Positions 31,698 to 40,000 of a DNA stretch of 40,000 nucleotides are shown piece after piece. The position numbers were made by a program, and so were the translations under genes. Location of the stretch: sequence record MK250021.1; one strand, written 5' to 3'. The stretch is from Prevotella phage Lak-B2. The stretch's first letter is position 1, and each line of letters starts with the position of its first letter. A model generated the notes under the pieces. That model did not search any database. It was not told the DNA's origin and was given only the letters and a program-made list of their open reading frames with translations.

Positions 31698-32174
31698 TTA
31701 ATCAATGCCTAATTTAATACGATTTGAAATAAGATTCCATACCGTATTGGTAATAAAGTTTTCCTTTAGTTTCTTACCAACAGCAGGTTCAATATCTGAC
31801 TTAAATGTTTCTACTACATATTTACCATTACCAGTTCTGAAAGCCTCAGTAATAGCTACAAGATTTTTCTTAGTTTGTTTCTCTATATAAAGACGAATAT
31901 CTTCCTTAGTAGAGTTAGCACTAAGAGTAATCATATTTTCATTTAAAAGTTTGATGCCTGCCTTGTTAATACCTGTTTTAGGTGACCAGTATTCGAATAC
32001 TTTCTTGGCCATTTCTTTTTTCTGATCAGCAGGAAGATCTGACATATTTCCAGTAATCATATATGTCTCCTTAAGTACGTTAATAACGGCTACTTTTTGA
32101 GATTCATATAATTTCTCACGAGCCTCAAGTACCTATTTTTTACTATTATTATATACTGTACTAAAACTTTTCAT
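31698..32174 (-). CDS. Hypothetical protein, 158 aa (code 15; one internal TAG)
   Basis: ATG at 32174: MKSFSTVYNNSKKQVLEAREKLYESQKVAVINVLKETYMITGNM... joins track ORF 31698-32060. Confidence 0.75.
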
Positions 32175-32233
32175 TTGCTTGATTTAAATGTTTTTATAAT
32201 TATTATTTTATTTATCTAACTTTTTGTAAAAAA

Positions 32234-32686
32234 TTATTTTCTGATATTCAGAACGAGCTTTGTCTTTCTTGGTATTTTATTTAAAGCCCGTATGACTATT
32301 TTATTTGAAGATTCATCCCATTCGTAATCGCAATTAGGATCTGGATTTTGTTTTGTTATTACATCATAATATTGACAATATCCGAACGGAATGACATATT
32401 TCTCATGTGGAATTACCTCGAAAACAATATCTCGCATATCCTTTGTATAAAGTGAAAGTTTGTCTATTGTCTTTGTTGGGCAGATTTCAATAATATCACC
32501 CGGATAAAAACATGAATTTGAATAAACAGATTTTCCATCAGAACAAATTTTACATTGATTTAAATTTGTCGGTATCATGTTTACTTTCTTTATGTTTTCT
32601 CTATTACGAGGTTCTTGTCCATAAAATAATCCATACCATGATTTCTCATTTACAGATTTAAATTTATTATTTGTTCTACGTTCCAT
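32234..32686 (-). CDS. Hypothetical protein, 150 aa (no internal TAG)
   Basis: Intact ORF MERRTNNKFKSVNEKSWYGLFYGQEPRNREN..., ends TAA. Confidence 0.75.
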   Translation of the reverse strand: MERRTNNKFKSVNEKSWYGLFYGQEPRNRENIKKVNMIPTNLNQCKICSDGKSVYSNSCFYPGDIIEICPTKTIDKLSLYTKDMRDIVFEVIPHEKYVIPFGYCQYYDVITKQNPDPNCDYEWDESSNKIVIRALNKIPRKTKLVLNIRK

Positions 32687-32729
32687 AATTAAATATATTC
32701 TATATATTATTTATTAATGTATTTGAAAA

Positions 32730-34415
32730 TTATTTATTTTCTGCTTTTTGTACAGCAACACTTGCTTTTTCTAATTCTGATTTTGATGGCATACCTGAAT
32801 TATTTTCAACTGTATTATCTACATTACCTTTAGTTCCATCATTTTCATCCTATACTTCTTCGTTATTATTCTTATATAATGAATCAGCTAAATCTTTCAA
32901 TGTTGCGTCTGTACCCATCTTCTTTTCTATATATTTCTTTGCTTTATCTATTAAATTTTCATCATTCTATTCTTCATCTTCAAAAAGATAAATATCAGAA
33001 TTTCTATAAAACAATATAGATTCAACTTTTATTTTTTTAATAAAATATAATAAAGTATAGAATACAGATAGCTCTTCATATGGTTTCTAATTAGATATAT
33101 ACTATAATAATACATTATATATTTCTCCATAAATATTTATATTTTCATTATTATTAGTTACTTTAAAATTTTTAAAAAATAATAATATATCTTTATTTTT
33201 ATCACTTACTAATAATTTAAATGAACTAAAAAAAGTATTAACATCAGTATTAATAATCTATACTTTAAAGTTGGTAATATTCTAATTAAGTAATTCCTAA
33301 AATTCATTAATAATATGTTCACCAATACTTAATGTATCTTTTGTTCCTTCAGTATTATTATGTGCATTTAATACTTTATTATTTGTATAAAATAAGTTAA
33401 ATACATCTTTGGCATATATTTCTTTTGTTATTAATTTCTTTGAATTTTCATCTTTATCAATAACTACTGTAATTTTTTGAGTATTAACTGTACTTTTTAT
33501 TTTTTCTATAATATTTTTAATATCATCCTAAGACTATGTTAATGAAATTAATGTATCAGATAATATCTTATTCCAATTAGTGAACTATTCATTTGTTATA
33601 ATATCCAAATTTTGAATATTCTTTAAAAATTCTTCTACTGTTAACTTATTTGTTTTAAATATATTTTTATCGACATTAATTTTTTTATTTACAAAGACAT
33701 CTTTTATATGACCATTTTGTATATCTATATTTGATATATTCTATTTAAAATAATTAACAAAATCATCATCGTTATTTCCTTTTATATATGTTAATAATGT
33801 AGAATATATATCTTTATATTTTTGTGTATTTACATTATTCTATACATCCTAATTATTTAACTATTTGTATATAATAGACGGAATATCAAACTATGAAAAT
33901 TTATCATCAAACAATTTACTATAACATCCTATAAAATTATTATTAAATATAAATGATAAAATACTTATTAATGATTTTTGATTTATCATATTATTAAATG
34001 TAGAAATAAACTAAGACATTTCTTCATCTGTTATTGGTTCTATATCATATAATTTATCTTTATCTATATCTGTTGTATTATTCTATATAATATATTTTAT
34101 TATAACTTTATATGCGATATTATTACTATCATCCTAATTTAATTGAATATTATTTTTAAATATATCATCATTATTTATAATTTGCTATATTTTCTCTATT
34201 ATTTCATTATTAGGTTCAAGATATACATCTAATGGATTTATACTACACTTCCTAAAAAAACTATTTAAATTAACAGCTTTATTTTTTAAATCTGTATTTG
34301 TATTGTTATCATCATTTAATTCATTTATAATATTATTAAATTCGTTGAATAAATCATTTGATAACATATTATGATATACTATATTATATATTATATTATC
34401 TATTTGCTATAGCAT
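32730..34415 (-). CDS. Hypothetical structural-block protein (code 15, about 561 aa)
   Basis: ATG at 34415 (MLQQIDNIIYNIVYHNMLSNDLFNEFNNIINELND...), in frame with track ORF 34185-34367; many TAG; C-terminus ...ELEKASVAVQKAENK* with TAA at 32730-32732. Confidence 0.75.
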
Positions 34416-34428
34416 AATTTATATTCAT

Positions 34429-37065
34429 TTAATTTTTATTATTTTTTGAGTTATTCAATATATTTAATAACTACGCATATGTATATAAAGTTTCTTGCTC
34501 TTCTTGTTGCTTCTTTAATTCATCAGAAGATTCTTTTGTAATAGGATATTTATCCGTATATAATTTTATCAAATAAAATATCTATTTATAATAAAGCATT
34601 ACAGCTAATAAATTTGGATATTGTACTGTTAAAAATTCCTATATAGACTTATATATGCAGCTATTTCCATTATCTCCAGTTATTGAACGTATGCGTGATT
34701 CTATTCTATCATCCAAATCATCTGCATAACGTGCCCAAATGTTTTGAAGACTTGCTGCTCTAACAGGATGCTTAGAAAGAGCGGCTTTAAACTTATCTCC
34801 CAATGTAGACTATGCAGACTATGACGTTCTACAAATCAATCCTATTTTTTCTGTAATTTCTTTATCTGCTGCTTCTTTTAATTTCTTCATTCTATCTCGA
34901 GCATTCTTAATAATATACCATTCTTCTGGATTACCATAACTGGTAATAATTCCTGTAATCTCACGTGTTAAATTGTCTTTAACAAATTTATATGTCTGCT
35001 CATTTCCTTTTTCCAACTATGATATAATCTCATCTGAATCTTTAACTTGTTCATTTTCAAACAAAGAGTTATATGTAAAACCATACTTATCATTATAAGT
35101 AAATATAGATATTGATTCATCCTTTAAATTTAATGAATCGGAAATTTTCTTTAATTCATCATATTTACTATAAGATGTATATTTTGCAATTATAAGTTCT
35201 AAATCTTTATTTCTAGAATCAGTATCTCTTATTTTATCATTTAAACGTTTTTTAAATTCATTTAATTTTTTCTAATCAGATATACCTATTTTCTATATAA
35301 ACTAATTAGATGATGTCCATGATATAATAATTGCGCATTTTCTTGCAACTTCACTGAATTCTCTCCAACCATTTAAGTCTTTTTGATATTCATTATCCAT
35401 TATTTGCTTTAATACGGCATCTTCTTTCTTCATATATTTGTCCATATTACCTTCTGACGCATTATTCATATCTGTAACTTTCTGTGCAAAATTACTCATC
35501 TCTTTAGTACCATTATTGCCACAAATTGATTTCATCAATGTTGTTACAATAGGTATACTACTACGTACATAATTATCTATTGCATCAATTAAATTTCCGT
35601 TAAATGCAGATGCTTCATTCTCAACACGTTTTTTTGTTTCCTAATCTAATTCACTACCTAAAACAGATGTTGAATCTAAATCTCCAGTTAATGGACCACT
35701 TAAAGAAACACCTTTAGTTTTATCTAATCCATCTTCATTTTCAACTTCAAATAATGATAATACATTATTTAAATTTGTAAAATATGATTCATTTTTTAAT
35801 GTTTCATATTTTACAATATCATCTAATTTTACATGTTTTTTATTAAAATATTTCAATCCAATATCTGATGCTTTATCCTATATAATTTCTTTTGTTGGTT
35901 TCATAAACAATGATCCATTCGGATTTTCATTTGCTTTAGTAGGATAATCAATATTAGACATTAACATCGCATAATTTGTTGGTAATGATGGTAACATTAA
36001 TAATGACTTATTAAATCTTTTTTCATTAACTTTTATTGGTAATAATTTCTTTGTACCTTCATTTATATATGCACTTTCACCTTCCTATGAAACACCATTA
36101 ACAATTTCAAAAAATTGTCCCAATCCAGAATCATCAGTAGGTTCATCACCAGAAGTTATGCTATTAAAATTAGTTAAACTAGGTGATAAGAATCCCAATC
36201 TATGAATACATTGTGTATATAAACATGCCATATTTCTCTCTGCAGTTTCCTAAATAGTTCTAAAGCATGCCTTATTATAATCGCCTGTATTCTACTTATT
36301 TTTCCTTCCAGGTAATAAGAATGAATACCATGGACGTTTCTTATTAACACCTGAATCTGTAAGTTCAACAAGTTTATTCATATACTGTTTAAGTTTCATC
36401 ATCGCTAATCTATCCTTACCTTTCATAAACAACCATGCGATAATTCCCAATAAACCTGTTAATAAACCTGCACTTAATTTCAAAATCCAAGAACAATCCA
36501 TCCACCAATCAGCAGAATGTCCTTCCGCTTCATTCAAACTATGGAGATCTGGATCATTCATAACATATTCAAAAATATTCTTTTTAATATTATTATATTC
36601 ATCTAATCCTACTTCGGCAATAAGTTCCTTATCAAATAACTCATCAAACTAAGATTCGAATAGCATCTCATCCATCATCTGCTTTATTTGACGTTTTTCT
36701 TCCTCTGTATATTCATTAGATAATTTCATATCTTGAATATCTTCATATGTTATTTCATCCTCATTATCTATATTTGTTTCTTCAGATTCTCCTAAATGAC
36801 ATGGCATTGTACCATAATATTCACCGCAATTACTGCATATGTATATTGGTTCGCCTTGTATCTTTAATACAACAGTACCACCACATTTTGGACATATATC
36901 TGGAACAACTTTACCTTCATCATTATAAACTACTTTTTTCTTTTTAGATTCTTGAAGTTTTTTCATTTCAGGACATAATCCGGAATGTTCATACTCATAT
37001 ATTTTTCTATCTTCAGGACTAAGTAAACTTAAACGTTCTTTTGATAATTTTCTTGGAAATTTCAT
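34429..37065 (-). CDS. Zinc-ribbon plus membrane-anchored large protein (code 15, about 878 aa)
   Basis: Track ORFs 36649-37065, 36292-36561, 35641-35856, 35302-35538 and 34819-35016 share one frame separated by TAG. N-terminal CPKCGG...CSNCGEYYG zinc ribbon, then a hydrophobic segment WILKLSAGLLTGLLGIIAWLFMKG. TAA at 34429-34431. Confidence 0.82.
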
Positions 37066-37190
37066 TTATATTAAAAACATTGTTTTCATATTTATTATTA
37101 AAAATATATATTATTAAATTTAATCTTACTTATATAATAAAACATTTAATATATTTTTTAATATAATTATATAATTATAAATATATTTTT

Positions 37191-38120
37191 ATGAAAGCAA
37201 AACCTATTATAAAATGGGTTGGAGGTAAAACCCAATTATTAGATGAAATAAATAAAAATTTACCAGATAATTTGGATAAAATAGAAACATATATGGAACC
37301 ATTCATTGGTGGTGGTGCTGTATTATTTGATATTGTTCCTAAATTACCTAATGTAAAACATGTTCTTATCAATGATTTAAATTATAAATTAACTAATTTA
37401 TATAACGTTGTTAAAAATAAACACGAAGAATTAATAAAGCAACTTAATATATTTCAAGAACAATATAGAATGTCAGATAATCCTAAGGAATTTTATTATA
37501 ATATAAGAAAATCATTTAATACTTATAAAAAAGATATTAATTTAAACTTATCACCAATATCTTCTGATAATTTAAATGTATTAAATGCATCTGAATTTAT
37601 ATTTTTAAATAAGACATGTTTTAATGGGTTATATAGAGAAAATTCAAAAGGAGATTTTAATGTGCCATGGAATAGAAATACAAAAGTATGTATATGTGAT
37701 GAAGAAAATATAAACGCAGTACATGATTTTTTTATTAAATATAATGTTAAAATATTTAATAATCCTTATAATGTATTTTTCACAGCAAAAAGAGAATATA
37801 CATATAAGTTACGAACATTTATTTATATGGATCCCCCATATAGACCTATTACAAAATCTTCAGCTTTTACTGCATATACAAAATCAGGGTTTAATGATAA
37901 AAAGCAAGAAGATTTAAAAATATGGTATGATGTATATAATAGCTCATGTGCTTATATATTATTAAGTAATTCAGATCCAAAAAATTCTGATCCTAATGAT
38001 AATTTCTTTGATGATTTATATTCTGGTTATAATATTGTCAGAGTAAAAGCAAAGCGTTCTATTAATTCAAAAGGATCTAGAAGAGGTGAAATTACAGAAA
38101 TTCTCGTGAAGAATTATTAA
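37191..38120 (+). CDS. dam: DNA adenine methyltransferase (Dam/D12 class)
   Basis: KPIIKWVGGKTQLLDEI, YMEPFIGGGAVLFDI, LINDLNYKLTNLYN, FIYMDPPYRP (DPPY) and SGRRGEITEILVKNY-type C-terminus. No in-frame TAG. Confidence 0.93.
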   Translation: MKAKPIIKWVGGKTQLLDEINKNLPDNLDKIETYMEPFIGGGAVLFDIVPKLPNVKHVLINDLNYKLTNLYNVVKNKHEELIKQLNIFQEQYRMSDNPKEFYYNIRKSFNTYKKDINLNLSPISSDNLNVLNASEFIFLNKTCFNGLYRENSKGDFNVPWNRNTKVCICDEENINAVHDFFIKYNVKIFNNPYNVFFTAKREYTYKLRTFIYMDPPYRPITKSSAFTAYTKSGFNDKKQEDLKIWYDVYNSSCAYILLSNSDPKNSDPNDNFFDDLYSGYNIVRVKAKRSINSKGSRRGEITEILVKNY

Positions 38121-38149
38121 TTGATAAATAAAGAAACTTTTTTATTTAT

Positions 38150-39142
38150 ATGAATTTTATACATGACTTAAATGAGTAGAATAATATATTAAGTTATAAT
38201 GAAATTTTAATATCAGTTAATAATATAAATGAAGAATATCATGAAGTAACAAATTTTGATAAAATGATAAAAGATGTTTCTTCATAGATATTCTATTCAA
38301 ATTATCAAGATTTTTATACAGGTTGGAATTGGTTTATAAAAGAGCAAACATGCTTAAAAACAAATACAGAATATAAAACAGATTCAACAAAATATAATGA
38401 TAATATTGGATGTCCAATATATATTAAATTCGTAGATTTAGGAGTCAATACATATTTTTCTGTTGAAATGAGAGATAAATCATTTAATATACCAATATAT
38501 GTAAATAAACATTATAATTTATCTATTAAAGAATACGCATATAAATTAAAACATGAAATTACACATATACGTACAATGTATTCTAATATAGACTATAATC
38601 CATTAGATTCATTGAAAAATAAATCATCTTGCATTGATAAAAATTACTTATAGTTAATAGATAAAAAACAATTTTCATTTATATATAATGTTTGTTATTT
38701 ATTATCACCAACTGAGCAACAAGCGCGTATAAATGAATATATTGAATTCATTAAATCTTATATAAAAGATAATGATATTGATAATGCAAATTCACATAAA
38801 TTAATTAAAGAAATTATTGAAAAAGGTTATGAACATACATTGTTAAAAGACTTCTTTGATATAGTTGAAAAATTAGAATTTATGGTAAATGTATAGATTT
38901 ATATATAGGTTATATCTTTAGGCTATGTATTACAAAAATATAATTTATTTAAATCAAATATAACTGACAATGATTTAATAAGATTAAATACAACAAAAAT
39001 AGGTGTAATTTATAAATATATAGATCAAGATGAAGAAAATTCATATAAGATATTAAAGTTTTTAAAGAATAATTTAAATGATTATTATTCTAAATTAAAG
39101 AATGTAACATATAAAGTTTTAAAAGAAAATAACATAATTTAA
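38150..39142 (+). CDS. Putative HExxH metallopeptidase-like protein (code 15, 330 aa)
   Basis: MNFIHDLNEQNNILSYNEILISVNN...; 'YAYKLKHEITHIRTMYSN' contains HEITH. Several in-frame TAG; TAA at 39140-39142; includes track ORF 38468-38653. Confidence 0.7.
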
Positions 39143-39150
39143 ATAATATA

Positions 39151-39624
39151 ATGAATACTAATTTAAATGGTGGATGTTTATCACCAAACGAACAAATTAT
39201 AATTAAAGATGGCCTCATCTTTATGTCTGATATTACAGAAGGAACTAAAGTATTATCACATGATGGAGAATATCATGTAGTTACGAATGTATGGAAATTT
39301 GAAAAACCAACATATTATGTTTCACTTTCAAATGGTGATCATATTGAATGTTCAAATACACATAGATTCCTTATTAATAAGAATAAGATTGATAAAGAAT
39401 CTTCATGGAAAACAGCTGAAGAACTTCATGATGGAGATGAGATTTTCCAAATGAATCTCATTAATATTGATCCAAATGAGAAGATTAAATTTAATAAGTT
39501 GAAGATTGCCCGAATTTTCAAATCAGGAATTAATAATCCTGTGGTTGACATTACAGTAAAAGATACACATACATATATCTCTGCGAACGGTATTGTCAAT
39601 CATAATTCAGGATCTAATTTCTAA
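39151..39624 (+). CDS. Stand-alone mini-intein/Hint-domain protein; intein about 39175-39606
   Basis: MNTNLNGG|CLSPNEQIIIKDGLIFMSDITEGTKVLSHDG (block A) ... NGDHIECSNTHRFL (block B) ... PVVDITVKDTHTYISANGIVNHN|SGSNF* (blocks F/G). TAA at 39622-39624. Confidence 0.88.
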   Translation: MNTNLNGGCLSPNEQIIIKDGLIFMSDITEGTKVLSHDGEYHVVTNVWKFEKPTYYVSLSNGDHIECSNTHRFLINKNKIDKESSWKTAEELHDGDEIFQMNLINIDPNEKIKFNKLKIARIFKSGINNPVVDITVKDTHTYISANGIVNHNSGSNF

Positions 39625-40000
39625 TGGATTATAAAAATACATATTTAAAACCAGAAATTGCTTTTCTTCTCAAAAAACATCATTATGATATTTCAAAAAC
39701 TAGATATATGATTAACAGGGATGGTGTGATAATTGAGTCTACCCCTGATTTAGATAAACATTATAATCATCTTGAACTTGCATATAATCCTAACGCAAAT
39801 GAAGTAATTAATTATTTTAAATCAAAAGGAATAATTATTCATATAAATGAAATAAAAGAAAATAAATGGGAATGGATTATAACATTCAATAATAATGATA
39901 AAGCAATATATTCTGGTGAAACAGCAAATGGAAATTTAGGGCATAATCTTCCGGAATCACGACAATATTTCAATAATGAAATAGATGCATATAACGATTG
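39624..40000 (+). CDS. Hypothetical protein, 3' end outside window
   Basis: ATG at 39624 overlaps the preceding TAA (TAATG): MDYKNTYLKPEIAFLLKKHHYDISKTRYMINRDGVIIESTPDLDKHYNHLELAYNPN...; open to the window end. Confidence 0.7.
   Translation, partial: MDYKNTYLKPEIAFLLKKHHYDISKTRYMINRDGVIIESTPDLDKHYNHLELAYNPNANEVINYFKSKGIIIHINEIKENKWEWIITFNNNDKAIYSGETANGNLGHNLPESRQYFNNEIDAYND

Noticed and set aside
36174-36371. Minus-strand ORF 36174-36371
   Set aside because: Out of frame with the large code-15 gene 34429-37065 that covers it on the same strand.
1-40000. Suppressor tRNA with CUA anticodon expected for TAG=Gln
   Set aside because: Only one tRNA T-arm (GGTTCGAATCC type) was recognised, and it belongs to tRNA-Leu(UAA). 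A CUA tRNA may lie elsewhere in the genome or be intron-split; not claimed here.

Overview
AT-rich (about 27% G+C by eye) window from a very large, alternatively coded bacteriophage genome. It is best explained by genetic code 15 (TAG read as Gln) and resembles Lak-type megaphages of Bacteroidota/Prevotella; that assignment is inference. Main points: (1) Code partition. Plus-strand genes at 1-16.7 kb have essentially no in-frame TAG and stop at TAA/TGA. The virion/late-looking block (16.76-31.6 kb and 32.7-37.1 kb), plus a gene at 38.15 kb, only becomes intact if TAG is sense. Ten or more 'ORF fragments' in the supplied track then merge into large CDSs: 16756-20853 (-), 20869-22419 (-), 22419-24116 (-), 24213-26834 (+), 26840-27574 (+), 27582-31598 (+), 31698-32174 (-), 32730-34415 (-), 34429-37065 (-) and 38150-39142 (+). 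(2) A tRNA-Leu(UAA) gene (10792-11534) appears to be split by two group I introns. One is in the D-loop and one is at the classical U34/A35 site of cyanobacterial/plastid tRNA-Leu(UAA). A phage RF2 gene lies directly downstream. (3) A phage-borne ABC importer cassette: membrane-anchored substrate-binding protein fused to an OmpA-like domain, a permease, a complete ATPase and a second, 5'-truncated ATPase. A paralogous small-protein family and a decayed endonuclease gene interrupt the cassette. (4) A stand-alone mini-intein/Hint gene with 8-aa and 5-aa flanks (39151-39624). (5) A giant virion-like protein with many 14-aa repeats in which TAG-Gln recurs at one repeat position. (6) A candidate structured ncRNA (14.8-15.04 kb), recurrent Bacteroidota-type TAnnTTTG promoters, and strong terminators. 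No CRISPR array or CUA suppressor tRNA was recognised here.
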